DNA from: a virus
Taxonomy: Duplodnaviria > Caudoviricetes
IMG/VR virus record: IMGVR_UViG_3300029258_001356
Location: 1-61,740 of that record
Reading direction: 5' to 3' (one strand)
Length of the DNA stretch: 61,740 bases
Both the position numbers and the translations under genes were made by a program. This document shows, piece after piece, positions 1 through 9,276 of this stretch. A model generated the notes under the pieces. It was not told where the DNA came from and ran no database searches. It saw nothing but the letters and a program-made list of their open reading frames with translations. Position 1 is the stretch's first letter. Each line of letters starts with the position of its first letter.

Positions 1-144
1 TTTCCTTCTCTGCCAAAGACAAGAGCTTAAACATGTGATGGGCTAGAGGATTTGTTTCTAGTTCTCTTCTGACCTTACACATTGACTCTTCATCTACTGC
101 ACCAATCCTCAACAGCACTCTATTCTCTGCTTCTCTACCGGTAC
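1..144. repeat. Terminal direct repeat (copy 1), identical to 61597-61740; circularity or assembly overlap
   Basis: TTTCCTTCTCTGCC...CTACCGGTAC is read identically at both ends of the window. Confidence 0.95.
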
Positions 145-367
145 AATGTCTACCTCTTGTCAGAATAGGACAACATCTATCTCTGAATCTATAGTCACAC
201 TGTATGATTGTAGGCTGTGCGTTATGAACTATGACATTAGCCTGATGAGGTCCATAGAATTCCCCATCTATTGTCTGGACTCCCTGGATCTGTCCTGACT
301 TTGATAATACTATCTTGAATGCGTCTAGTGTCTTATTGTTCACTCTATCCCATACTTCGAATTTCAT
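1..367 (-). CDS. Hypothetical 128-aa protein spanning the circular junction (367->1, then 61596->61577); YopX-like N-terminus
   Basis: ATG at 367 overlaps the upstream stop (ATGA). MKFEVWDRVNNK...AEKEKIERGF stays open across the join and stops at 61577-61579, 1 nt before the next ATG. Missing from the ORF track. Confidence 0.75.
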   Translation of the reverse strand, partial: MKFEVWDRVNNKTLDAFKIVLSKSGQIQGVQTIDGEFYGPHQANVIVHNAQPTIIQCDYRFRDRCCPILTRGRHCTGREAENRVLLRIGAVDEESMCKVRRELETNPLAHHMFKLLSLAEKE

Positions 368-852
368 TTCCTCATCCTCCTGAACCACTTAGGCTCTCTG
401 CGTTTTTTCCATGCTGCTATGTGCTGCTTATCACCATTGAAGTAATCTCTGTATGCCTTGACTGGATTGGATTGCTTATACTTTTCAGGCATAGCCTGCA
501 CGAATGTCATCCTGCGACCAACAGGCATTCCCTTTGGATATTCTCCAAGATGATTAATCAATCGTGATGTATAATGAATCTTTTCATATCTATGAGTATA
601 CTCAGCGAGTAGATGCTTGAAGAGAAAGTATATCCATCGATAGTTACCTGTGCACGATCGAACCCAGATAGTGCATGGATGATTGAGATGGGTCTGATGA
701 TAGATTCTTTTACAAATCTGACTGTCACCATCAAGAACATGATGTGCAGTAGACATCATCTGTGCAGACTCTATAATCATTTTGCACACATGCTTGTTGC
801 AATGCATTCGTGCTGCTCTCAATGGATTAGGGTCAAATACGAATATATTCAT
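364..852 (-). CDS. Pyrimidine-dimer DNA glycosylase / endonuclease V-like protein
   Basis: MNIFVFD...KHVCKMIIESAQM...HLNHPCTIW...EYTHRYEKIH...QAMP...AYRDY matches this family's signature. Confidence 0.8.
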   Translation of the reverse strand: MNIFVFDPNPLRAARMHCNKHVCKMIIESAQMMSTAHHVLDGDSQICKRIYHQTHLNHPCTIWVRSCTGNYRWIYFLFKHLLAEYTHRYEKIHYTSRLINHLGEYPKGMPVGRRMTFVQAMPEKYKQSNPVKAYRDYFNGDKQHIAAWKKRREPKWFRRMRK

Positions 853-1113
853 TGTGCTAGTGCTCCTCTCCTATTTACTTCGCGTCCGACGACTCCTTTG
901 TTGCCAAGACGCGCTCGAATGCCATCGTCTAACTCTTCATCAACCGTCTTTCTCTTTTTCTTTTTTCTTGGCATGTTTCATCCTCCAGACGATGTACTCG
1001 GCTCGGATCATGTCCCAGAGAATCATCATCACGACGAACGGAAGAACCGCGACTGATTTTTCCGTGAGTATTTCTACGATTGGCATTTTCCTTAATTTTT
1101 ACATACTTAAGGG

Positions 1114-1126
1114 ATTTATATACTTT
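1114..1126 (-). promoter_or_regulatory. Archaeal BRE/TATA-type promoter for the leftward arm
   Basis: Reverse complement is AAAGTATATAAAT, the same motif found at 1593, 3107, 5612 and 18101. Confidence 0.7.
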
Positions 1127-1199
1127 GACCAACTCCAGTAGATATCTCCTACAGTGCCAGGTTTGTCGTGGGGAATGAACTCTCTCGCTGGGGACACCG

Positions 1200-1560
1200 A
1201 GATGACGAGTCCCTATATATTTAATTATTATATATAATAATCGCGAGCGCGATATAAGGGTCTGGCTTGTCTGAACGACCCTGGCCAGACATTTTTGGCC
1301 AGACTAATTTGTACGCACACCGCTCCTAGTCCCCAAATTTGGTAAAATTTAAATTGTCTGGCCATCTGGCTATACCCCCCCTCTCTATATCTCTCTAAAG
1401 AGATAGAATAGGAATAGAGAGGGTAGGGGGTGTTCAGATTGGCCAGGGAAGGGGAATTCCTCCAAATTTCCCCTCCTTGATACCTCTATGAAGCAAAACA
1501 CCCTGGCCAAAAACAACAAGCCAGACATGGCCAGACTGTTCAGGGGATGAGGCAGTTCGA
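1200..1560. other. Putative replication origin (A/T-only tract plus TGGCCAGAC iterons)
   Basis: Non-coding gap at the strand divergence, with a 28-nt pure A/T run (1214-1241) and about 7 TGGCCA(GAC)-type copies in both orientations, directly upstream of the MCM-like ATPase. Confidence 0.55.
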
Positions 1561-1592
1561 TAGATTTCATCTGGAGAGTTCATTGAAACAGA

Positions 1593-1605
1593 AAAGTATA
1601 TAAAT
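1593..1605 (+). promoter_or_regulatory. Archaeal BRE/TATA-type promoter
   Basis: AAAGTATATAAAT about 50 nt upstream of the TTG start, with GGTGA RBS. Confidence 0.7.
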
Positions 1606-1656
1606 ATGGTTAGGTTATCATTTATATCCGCTTTCTATCAAAAAAGCAGGTGACAC

Positions 1657-3096
1657 TTGGAGAGGTGTTCGACAATCAAGAAGAAAGTATCAAAATTCAG
1701 TAAGTACAAGTATCTGGACCCGAAAGATCAGGACTATATTCAAGAGATAGACCATGCGCCCGAAGATGACATGTATCTATCAAGGAAACTTGAGAAGATA
1801 TTCCCTCCGATCGAGAAGAAATGGATGGAACTCTACGGATGTAGGTCTTTCGACAATGAACTACCAGGCAAGATATTCTTTCGCATACTCATCTCACTTG
1901 GCATGAAGAACAAGAAGATATTCTTCGCCAGCAAGACGATTGATATGAGGAATCACTTCTTCTGGATACAAGACACAGGCTCAGGCAAAGACCAGGGCAT
2001 GGACTTCTTCATGGAAATGATTGAACGCATCAACAAAGAATACAAGCGACGCACTGGAGTGCCTAGCTTTATTAGGAGCTATGAGATAAACGGCTCCGAG
2101 ACACCTGAAGTATTCCTTGACCACTTCAAGACGAAGACGGGCTCTAAGGGCAAGGAGATGGACACTGACGCTGACCCCATTCCCGGTATACTATCACGAT
2201 ATGACCTAATCATATCAAGAGAGTGCTCGTTCCTCTTCAGAGAGCAGAACAGAGAGAAACAATCAAAAGCAGAATACTTACTCACTGCTATGGAAGGGAG
2301 ACCTCTGACAAAGTCCCTAATTAAATGGGAAGGCAATACCTCAACAACTATATGCAACGCCTGTATTATAGGAATGACTAGGCCTATCGCCAACATGAAA
2401 TCACACATAGTATGGTCAGGACTACAACAGAGAGCATTCAACTATGCTCGCTCTCTATCCAAAACGGATAGGATGAAGATGTTTGATGAAGTGCTAAGAG
2501 AAGACCCTGATGAAGCACTATCGGACTTTGATTCTAAGTGCAAGAATCTAGCCAAGAAGATAGTGAAGCTGTTCCTCTGGTGGAACAAGAATGACATCTA
2601 CATCAAGAACGAGGACATCAAGAAAATATATAAGATAAGGAAAGCGGTCATCTTCGATCTGCAGGAGAAGATATCGGAACTACCATCTGCAGAGCACAGA
2701 GACATTATGCAGGGCTTTGTATCGAGAATGATTGACAAGATGATTGTTCTGGGCTATCAGAACGCTATCATACGAAAGTCTAAAGTAGTAGAAGCTATGG
2801 ATATTGAAATCTCCATAGAAGACTTCATATACCCTATGTTCGAGTCGCTGATTGAATGGGTAGAAGTCAAGATTGAAAGCTCAAAGAAAGAATCATCCTC
2901 AGTCAAGAAGACTAGACGCGCTATTAAGATGATACTCAAAGATAAAAAACCAATGCCTAGAGCAAAGCTTAGAGAGGCATTGGAGAATATCCTGGAGTGC
3001 ACGAGAAGGTATGCACTCAGGAGACTATCGATTGAATTAGAATCGAAGAGATCGATAATCTATGAGAATAAAAAGGGAGAAATCTCCCTGAGATAA
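1657..3096 (+). CDS. MCM-related AAA+ ATPase (putative replicative helicase) with C-terminal wHTH-like region
   Basis: Walker A DTGSGKD, PGILxxxD segment, LLTAMEG, arginine-finger SGLQQR; Walker B is atypical (LIISRE). Confidence 0.65.
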   Translation: MERCSTIKKKVSKFSKYKYLDPKDQDYIQEIDHAPEDDMYLSRKLEKIFPPIEKKWMELYGCRSFDNELPGKIFFRILISLGMKNKKIFFASKTIDMRNHFFWIQDTGSGKDQGMDFFMEMIERINKEYKRRTGVPSFIRSYEINGSETPEVFLDHFKTKTGSKGKEMDTDADPIPGILSRYDLIISRECSFLFREQNREKQSKAEYLLTAMEGRPLTKSLIKWEGNTSTTICNACIIGMTRPIANMKSHIVWSGLQQRAFNYARSLSKTDRMKMFDEVLREDPDEALSDFDSKCKNLAKKIVKLFLWWNKNDIYIKNEDIKKIYKIRKAVIFDLQEKISELPSAEHRDIMQGFVSRMIDKMIVLGYQNAIIRKSKVVEAMDIEISIEDFIYPMFESLIEWVEVKIESSKKESSSVKKTRRAIKMILKDKKPMPRAKLREALENILECTRRYALRRLSIELESKRSIIYENKKGEISLR

Positions 3097-3106
3097 CATA
3101 AAGAGA

Positions 3107-3119
3107 AAAGTATATAAAT
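3107..3119 (+). promoter_or_regulatory. Archaeal BRE/TATA-type promoter
   Basis: AAAGTATATAAAT, followed by GGAGGTG RBS and ATG at 3160. Confidence 0.75.
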
Positions 3120-3159
3120 CAATATAAGTTAAGAATATTAAACGATAGGAGGTGCTCAA

Positions 3160-3363
3160 ATGACAAAGCCACTAAACATTGAAGAGAGTACAGACGAACG
3201 TCTGGCAAAAGTATCAGAATATGCGACGAAAAAGTTGGGGAAATTCGTATCAAAGAAACTTCTAGCAAACGTAATGATAAGAGAATTCCCTGAAGAGAAG
3301 ATAGATAAATTCCTAGAGAAGTATGCAGAGATACTTGGAAAGGAACTGAAAGACGAAAACTGA
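3160..3363 (+). CDS. Small ribbon-helix-helix-like DNA-binding protein
   Basis: N-terminal strand KPLNI followed by two predicted helices; own promoter and RBS. Confidence 0.45.
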   Translation: MTKPLNIEESTDERLAKVSEYATKKLGKFVSKKLLANVMIREFPEEKIDKFLEKYAEILGKELKDEN

Positions 3364-3377
3364 CGAGGTGAAATTAA

Positions 3378-4700
3378 ATGCCAAAGAAAACAAAGAAAGG
3401 AAAGAAAGACAAGGCTGAAAAGAAAGCTTTGGATGTAGACGAAGTACTGAAGCTTGCTTCAGAGAAGACGGGTGTCACACTCAATAAAGTAAAAGAGAGA
3501 TTCAATGACAAGGTCAAGTTATATGAAAAGAAGAATCTCGATAAGAAGGACGCAACCAAGAGAGCAATCAGATGCATCAGCATGTGGATGAAGAGACAGT
3601 TGTCATCCAAGGCAGAAGTATTTACTGGTATCCCTATTGGTGTGTCAGATGTATCAGACTTCGGTGCACAAAGAGATTATGATAATGCCATTAAGGCAGT
3701 CAAAGACGCAGACGGCAATTCTAAGAAGATGAAGAAGCTAGTCAAGAAAGGTCTCATTGATGAAGACGGCACACCCTTATATACAAAAGGATTCAGAGAG
3801 GGAAAGCCAATCAAGCCTTCCGAGAACCAACAGAGGACTGTATATATAATAGGAACCTCAGAGAAAGATAAGGACGCAAAGCCTCAGCTTATTAAGATGA
3901 GCACGAGGGGAGAGAAGCTAGACCTAGATGTTCCGCTATATAAGACATGCTCCTTTAGGGGTAATAGGAAACAGAGCCAGAAAGAAGAAGGTGTCCTATT
4001 AATCAATGCAGCTTCAGTGACAACCTTTGAGCCAGAATCTGATGAGAGAGAAGATATGTTCAAGGCTATCAAGAAGGTTAAGGCACTGAAGAAGTATGTA
4101 ATAGACCTTGAGGATCTTCCACAGCACTTCGAAGAAGAAGCAGATAACTTCAACAGGTTTGCTATTGTCAAGGCATACGTCGCAGATGTTAGATTCGCAG
4201 GCGATGACCAAAGGAACAACATCGTTAAGATATCAGATGATGATATGGAATACGACGAAGACTCATTGACCATTATAACCTGCTGGTGTAATGACAAGAT
4301 ACCAATCAACTTCCAAGAAGGAGCTGAAGTACTTGTCCTTGGAAAGGTCAACCTTAAGAAAGAGACAGGAGACTTATCCATAAACACAGTTGGTGTATTT
4401 GTCGGAGACGTTGACTTCGTTGATAGGGACGCAGAAACTATATCCCCAGAGGAAGACGAAGACGACGAGGAGGAAGACGATGAAGAGGAAGACGAATCTG
4501 ACGACGAAGACGAGGATGATTCTGACGAAGATGATGACGACGATGATGATGATGACGAAGATGACGATTCAGATGATAAGAAGAAAGAATCTGATGATGA
4601 AGAAGACGACGATGACGATGACGATGAAGATTCCGATGACGAAGAGGACGATGATGACGACGAAGACGACGACGACGACGATGACGAGGAGGATGACTGA
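3378..4700 (+). CDS. OB-fold ssDNA-binding protein (RPA-like) with very long Asp/Glu tail
   Basis: OB-like strand pattern (IVKAYV...VKISDD...ITCW...EGAEVLVLGKV), position in replication module, ~85-aa acidic C-terminus. Confidence 0.65.
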   Translation: MPKKTKKGKKDKAEKKALDVDEVLKLASEKTGVTLNKVKERFNDKVKLYEKKNLDKKDATKRAIRCISMWMKRQLSSKAEVFTGIPIGVSDVSDFGAQRDYDNAIKAVKDADGNSKKMKKLVKKGLIDEDGTPLYTKGFREGKPIKPSENQQRTVYIIGTSEKDKDAKPQLIKMSTRGEKLDLDVPLYKTCSFRGNRKQSQKEEGVLLINAASVTTFEPESDEREDMFKAIKKVKALKKYVIDLEDLPQHFEEEADNFNRFAIVKAYVADVRFAGDDQRNNIVKISDDDMEYDEDSLTIITCWCNDKIPINFQEGAEVLVLGKVNLKKETGDLSINTVGVFVGDVDFVDRDAETISPEEDEDDEEEDDEEEDESDDEDEDDSDEDDDDDDDDDEDDDSDDKKKESDDEEDDDDDDDEDSDDEEDDDDDEDDDDDDDEEDD

Positions 4701-5596
4701 TGGGACTTCTTGACAAGAAGGATACTCGAAAAATAAAATCCAAGAAATCCCGGAAGGACAGTGTTCAGCCTTCCGGGGTTTCCCCCGTTTATTCAGACGA
4801 CAAAGTAAAGACGTGGTTTGGTAAACGTATGTCTGACCTATTCTCAGATATCTGCTGCATGATTTATGGGGTAGATGGGACAGGAAAGACAGGAATAGCA
4901 ATATCATACTTCGAGCCTCTTCTTCTTGAGAACAAGAAGCTTGTCATCATAGACCTTGATGGAGGAGCCTGGCCTATTGTCAAAGCACATCACAAGAAAG
5001 CATATGAGGCAGGCAACATCATAATCATAAACCCTATGGTTACTACTGAGGGTGAAGATGGAACAGAGATAGATTACAAGAAGACCTTTGCTAAGATCCG
5101 AGCCATCATTAGATATACCAAGCGGAACTACGAGAAAGATAACATAGCTGGTATTATATTTGACGGATTGTCTACCCTATTGCGTTACGCAGAGTATCAA
5201 ATGCGCATCGAGAAGGGCTTAGACGCAGATGGGACAGTATCCTGGAGATATTGGATGCCAAGGAACAAACTGTTCTTAGAGACGCTCGTATACATCAAGA
5301 GCATACCTATAGCCCGCTTCTTCATTGCACATGATGACTTCATAAAAGAAGACCAAGACCCAAAGAAGAAGTTTGCTTCGGTGAGGAGAGATACTAACTC
5401 TATGATGTTCCAGAAGATTAAGTGTAAACGAGCAGACAAGAAAGGTAAGGTTATCTTCAGAGCAACTATCGATAAGGTCAAATATAATAACACCGCGGAA
5501 GGGAAATCCTTCAAATTCCTTGTGGTCGACAACGACAAAGCAGCGTGGGGCACAGTGAAGCTTTTCAATGCCCTCGATCAGGACGAGAAGATATAG
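4700..5596 (+). CDS. RecA-superfamily (Sak4/AAA_24-like) ATPase, putative recombinase
   Basis: IYGVDGTGKT Walker A, IIDLDGG, IIFDGLS Walker B, FFIAH; adjacent to the SSB gene. Confidence 0.7.
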   Translation: MGLLDKKDTRKIKSKKSRKDSVQPSGVSPVYSDDKVKTWFGKRMSDLFSDICCMIYGVDGTGKTGIAISYFEPLLLENKKLVIIDLDGGAWPIVKAHHKKAYEAGNIIIINPMVTTEGEDGTEIDYKKTFAKIRAIIRYTKRNYEKDNIAGIIFDGLSTLLRYAEYQMRIEKGLDADGTVSWRYWMPRNKLFLETLVYIKSIPIARFFIAHDDFIKEDQDPKKKFASVRRDTNSMMFQKIKCKRADKKGKVIFRATIDKVKYNNTAEGKSFKFLVVDNDKAAWGTVKLFNALDQDEKI

Positions 5597-5611
5597 ATAT
5601 CACACGATAAC

Positions 5612-5624
5612 AAAGTATATAAAC
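5612..5624 (+). promoter_or_regulatory. Archaeal BRE/TATA-type promoter
   Basis: AAAGTATATAAAC upstream of GGGAGG RBS and ATG at 5670. Confidence 0.7.
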
Positions 5625-5669
5625 CCCAGAGGTATGTAAAATATATTAACACACAGGGAGGTTTATACT

Positions 5670-5915
5670 ATGGCAAAGAAATACGACGATGCTTTCAAGA
5701 AGAAAGCCGAGAAGGTATTAGCAGCAAGCAAGAGTAGAGCAGAAGCAGCAGAGAAGCTTGGTTGCAGCAAGAACACTTTGAGGAGACTCTTCGGAGAAGC
5801 CCCAAAGAAACCTAAGGCAGAAAAGAAAGCAAAGAAACCAAAGAAGGACAAGAAAGCTAAGAAGAGCAAGAAAGTAAAGAAAGCTAAGAAGTCCAAAAAG
5901 AAGAAGTCAGAGTAA
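5670..5915 (+). CDS. HTH protein with Lys-rich (histone H1-like) tail
   Basis: KKYDDAFK...SRAEAAEKLGCSKNTLRR helix-turn-helix followed by KKxKK repeats. Confidence 0.7.
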   Translation: MAKKYDDAFKKKAEKVLAASKSRAEAAEKLGCSKNTLRRLFGEAPKKPKAEKKAKKPKKDKKAKKSKKVKKAKKSKKKKSE

Positions 5916-5946
5916 TCCTGACTTCATATTTTATTTTTTATTTTTC
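5903..5946 (+). terminator. Hairpin over stop codon plus T-rich tract
   Basis: GAAGTCAG-agtaatc-CTGACTTC followed by ATATTTTATTTTTTATTTTT. Confidence 0.6.
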
Positions 5947-5964
5947 AATCACTCTATAGGAGGG

Positions 5965-6525
5965 GTGCAAATGATTATAATACTCGAAGGAATAGACAAA
6001 GCCGGCAAATCTACAATCGCAAGAAATCTAGCAAAGCTGCTCAATTGCAGAATTGTAAAAAGACCTAGAGAGCTTCTGCCATTCGCAGATGGAAAGATGG
6101 ATATTGTTCAGCAGTATATGTTTACAGCAGAACTGTTCAAGAAGGAGCAATTCGTAATCTTTGACAGATTCTATCCAAGTGAACTTGTATACTCATATCT
6201 CAGAGGAACAGACAAACTATATAACGAAGCTAATTCTGTCTGGCAATTTGAGAAGTGGTTCATTGAAAAGAACAAGTGTCTTATATTCGTAATAGAAGAT
6301 TATGAAGATGAGATACAGAAAAGGTTTGTTCAAGATAAGGAAGATTATCTTAGAACAGAGGACGTACACGAAATCATAGTCAGATATGAAGTCTTTAAGA
6401 CGCTATCCAAAGCAGATGTAATAATGCTTCCGGCGACACTAAACTTCATGGACAAGATGGAAAGAATTCTATCAGAGATTGCCCATAACACATGCACAAT
6501 AGATATTGAAGAGGATGAATTATAA
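5965..6525 (+). CDS. Thymidylate-kinase-family dNMP kinase
   Basis: IILEGIDKAGKST P-loop; IFDRFYPSELVY motif. Confidence 0.85.
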   Translation: MQMIIILEGIDKAGKSTIARNLAKLLNCRIVKRPRELLPFADGKMDIVQQYMFTAELFKKEQFVIFDRFYPSELVYSYLRGTDKLYNEANSVWQFEKWFIEKNKCLIFVIEDYEDEIQKRFVQDKEDYLRTEDVHEIIVRYEVFKTLSKADVIMLPATLNFMDKMERILSEIAHNTCTIDIEEDEL

Positions 6526-6536
6526 AGATAAGGAGC

Positions 6537-7196
6537 GTGAAAACCATGGTTAATGTAAAATTTTACAAATACACAAAGATTGAGATACCAGAGAATATAA
6601 TAAAGGAACTCTTTGAATCACAGAGAGAGCTTATATTTAAGTATCAACAAGTTGAAAACCTAGGAGAACTAACACCTAAAGGATACTTGACGTCTCTTCA
6701 GACAAAAGCAAGTCAAAAGGTATTGAAAGATTTTGCTTGGAGAGTCACAGAAGAAGTAACAGAGATGTTCCATAGCATATATGAGCAGGATGATCCTGAG
6801 CACCCGAAAGAAGAGATAGCAGACACTATGCATTTCTATGTTGAACTCCTTATACTGTCCGGACTTGACTATGATAAGTTTGAAATGTATAACGTCAAAG
6901 AAAACTGGGTGCCGGTTAAGTATAGAGAGAATGTTTTAGAACTCGAATCTATGAGATTCATAAACCTGCTTGGGGACGCAATGAACATTCTCAAAAATAA
7001 GCCTTGGAAATTATCGGAGGTTCCGTCTGACGAAGACGAGTACATCAGGAGACTTAAGAGAACATTCCCTGCTTTCTTGAGATTGGTGGAAGCATACAAT
7101 TTCACACAGCAGAAAGACTTTGGTATAGAAGAACTCTACATCTATTATACCAAGAAGCACATGGTCAACCACTTCAGAGTTGACACAAAATATTAG
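6537..7196 (+). CDS. All-alpha dimeric dUTPase/dCTPase (MazG-like, T4 gp56-like)
   Basis: EEVTE, EEIADTMHF, KPWK and YYTKKHMVNHFR motifs. Confidence 0.8.
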   Translation: MKTMVNVKFYKYTKIEIPENIIKELFESQRELIFKYQQVENLGELTPKGYLTSLQTKASQKVLKDFAWRVTEEVTEMFHSIYEQDDPEHPKEEIADTMHFYVELLILSGLDYDKFEMYNVKENWVPVKYRENVLELESMRFINLLGDAMNILKNKPWKLSEVPSDEDEYIRRLKRTFPAFLRLVEAYNFTQQKDFGIEELYIYYTKKHMVNHFRVDTKY

Positions 7197-7205
7197 GAGG
7201 ACAAA

Positions 7206-7544
7206 ATGTTTGGATATAGAGTTATAAAGGCAACCACAGTTGAGTTATTGATTTCAAATCTGAACCACTTAGAAAATAAAAACAAGAATATCCTTAAAGA
7301 ACTTGATAACGCAACACACATAAACTTAGCTAAGATTGGAGACGCAATACATATCTATAATAAGAAGAAAGGAAAAGCACCACGAGTTATAAAGATGTCA
7401 CTAGAGTTCTGGGAATATCTACTTAAATTGCCAAGCTTCAAAGAATTTGTGACAGTCTATAAGAGAGGAAAGACAGAGCACAAAAAGATACTAAACCTAA
7501 GAATAGTTCTCGACGATAATATCGTAGGCTGGTATCTTCTATAA
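7206..7544 (+). CDS. Hypothetical protein
   Basis: GGAGG RBS, tight operon packing. Confidence 0.6.
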   Translation: MFGYRVIKATTVELLISNLNHLENKNKNILKELDNATHINLAKIGDAIHIYNKKKGKAPRVIKMSLEFWEYLLKLPSFKEFVTVYKRGKTEHKKILNLRIVLDDNIVGWYLL

Positions 7545-7545
7545 A

Positions 7546-7923
7546 ATGGTACAGACTCCTGAAGAAAAGAGAGCAAGAAGAAAAGCTAGACGTCTAGCAC
7601 GATTAAAGAAGGCTGGAGGAAAAGCTCCTAAGAAGAAAGTTAAGAAGGAGAGGAAGCCTAAGAAAGAACGAAAGAAGAGGAAGAAGAGGAGTAAGAAGCT
7701 TGACACTACTGATGTTGTAAAGATAGACAGAGAAATGGTAAAGATAAAGAATATACACGACGGACCTATCAATGTTAATACAACGTCTATTACTAAGAAG
7801 ACAGTTAAGCTAAAACCAAAGGAGAAGTATAAGTTTGTCATTGAGACAAACATAGACAAGACAGAGATTGAGAACTTGAAGAGGATCGGGTTCATCAAAA
7901 TCATAAAACCAAAGGAGGAATAA
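7546..7923 (+). CDS. Hypothetical protein with Lys/Arg-rich N-terminus
   Basis: Operon packing, basic low-complexity N-terminal half. Confidence 0.6.
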   Translation: MVQTPEEKRARRKARRLARLKKAGGKAPKKKVKKERKPKKERKKRKKRSKKLDTTDVVKIDREMVKIKNIHDGPINVNTTSITKKTVKLKPKEKYKFVIETNIDKTEIENLKRIGFIKIIKPKEE

Positions 7924-7925
7924 AA

Positions 7926-8633
7926 ATGAGAATATATAACAACTTTGCCCAAGCATGGGATGAGATAAAGAGAAATGTATCTGAGTTAGGTTTTGTTACA
8001 AAACTATACTCAATGCAGGACAAAATAGTAGAAGGTAATGACGACTACGATACAAAAGAACTTATCGGAGAAGTTTATACCTTAGATGGAGTAAGGACCG
8101 CTGATATGAAGAAGTTCTTCGAAGATAATCCAGACCTAAACCTTAGCTGGGATTGGGTAGTAGAAGATTTCGCAGAAAGAGTAAATCCTAACTATATAAA
8201 CCCAGGAGAAGCCTGGAAGCTCAGAGAGGACGTATGGAAGGAGTTTATGGTACAGGATAAGGGTAGATTCTCTTATACATACAATGAGCGTATACGCGTC
8301 TCTCTTAACCGCGTAATTGAAGAACTAAAGGAACACGGACCATCAAGACAAGCCGTCATATCCGTATGGAATCCTATTAAAGACGTAGACAAGTTAGGAA
8401 TCCACAGAGTTCCTTGTAGTATGTATTATCAGTTCATCCTTAGGAACGGAGAACTTCATATGATATATACAATGAGGTCTTCAGACATCTTGATACATTT
8501 CCCGTACGATGTAGCCACGACTCTTATGCTACAAGAATATGTAGCAGAGAAACTAGGAGTTAAGCCAGGAAGATTCACACACTTCTTGGGAAGCGTACAC
8601 ATGTACAAGAAAGATTGCAAAGGTCACTTCTAG
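7926..8633 (+). CDS. Thymidylate-synthase-fold enzyme, Asp-type (putative dCMP hydroxymethylase/methylase)
   Basis: YTYNER, SRQAVISVW, catalytic RVPC, YQF, MRSSD, HFPYD (Asp where ThyA has Asn), GSVHMY. Confidence 0.8.
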   Translation: MRIYNNFAQAWDEIKRNVSELGFVTKLYSMQDKIVEGNDDYDTKELIGEVYTLDGVRTADMKKFFEDNPDLNLSWDWVVEDFAERVNPNYINPGEAWKLREDVWKEFMVQDKGRFSYTYNERIRVSLNRVIEELKEHGPSRQAVISVWNPIKDVDKLGIHRVPCSMYYQFILRNGELHMIYTMRSSDILIHFPYDVATTLMLQEYVAEKLGVKPGRFTHFLGSVHMYKKDCKGHF

Positions 8634-8634
8634 G

Positions 8635-9276
8635 ATGTTTGCAATCAGAGGAATAGAGTTAGAAGAAGTAATACCCGAGCTTGCTAAGAGAATGAACAAG
8701 CTTGGGGTTATTACACTCTATGACGTCTTCATTGAATGCGGGGTATCTCCCGACTTCAAGAAGATAAAGTGGATGGAGAAGTATTTCCACTTCTTTCTAA
8801 AACATCCAAAGGGTAAGTATAACCACATATGGAAGCATTACTATACCCCTATCATAAACGAACTTAGCGAGAAGCATATAACCGAACTTGTTAAGAAGAC
8901 TCTTATGTTTACCAACACAGGAGGTAAGAAATGTATAGGAATGATTATCTTCGAAGAAAAGACATTGAAAGTATTCTTTCGTTCATCATTCCTAATGCCA
9001 ACAATGTACTATGACCTCATTGTTCTCGATAGGTTTATCAAGTACATATACCCCTGGAGAAAAGTTAATAAAGTAGTATTGTATTTTAATAAAATAAAGA
9101 TCAACACTATCTATGGGCTACCGTTCACACAGCTGCTCATGAGAATAGAGAAACTGTCCCCTTACATGAGAAACCTCAGACGCAGATATCTTAAGAAGGT
9201 AGACCAATATGCACAAAGCAACAACTTTCAAAGATCAAGAGTCTATCGAAGATTCAGAGAAGAATTTGGAAAATGA
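8635..9276 (+). CDS. Degenerate second thymidylate-synthase-fold protein
   Basis: KKCIGMIIF...LKVFFRSS...MYYDL parallels PC...YQF...MRSS...PYD of the upstream gene. Confidence 0.5.
   Translation: MFAIRGIELEEVIPELAKRMNKLGVITLYDVFIECGVSPDFKKIKWMEKYFHFFLKHPKGKYNHIWKHYYTPIINELSEKHITELVKKTLMFTNTGGKKCIGMIIFEEKTLKVFFRSSFLMPTMYYDLIVLDRFIKYIYPWRKVNKVVLYFNKIKINTIYGLPFTQLLMRIEKLSPYMRNLRRRYLKKVDQYAQSNNFQRSRVYRRFREEFGK

Noticed and set aside
1-144. Biological direct terminal repeat
   Set aside because: It falls in the middle of an ORF and looks like an assembler overlap; it shows circularity but not the physical genome ends
4390-4907. Thr/Met-, His/Arg- and Val/Ile-rich ORFs
   Set aside because: They are alternative frames of the GAY/GAR low-complexity acidic tail of the SSB
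7926-8633. Plain thymidylate synthase (thyA)
   Set aside because: The specificity residue is Asp rather than Asn, so the thyA symbol was withheld
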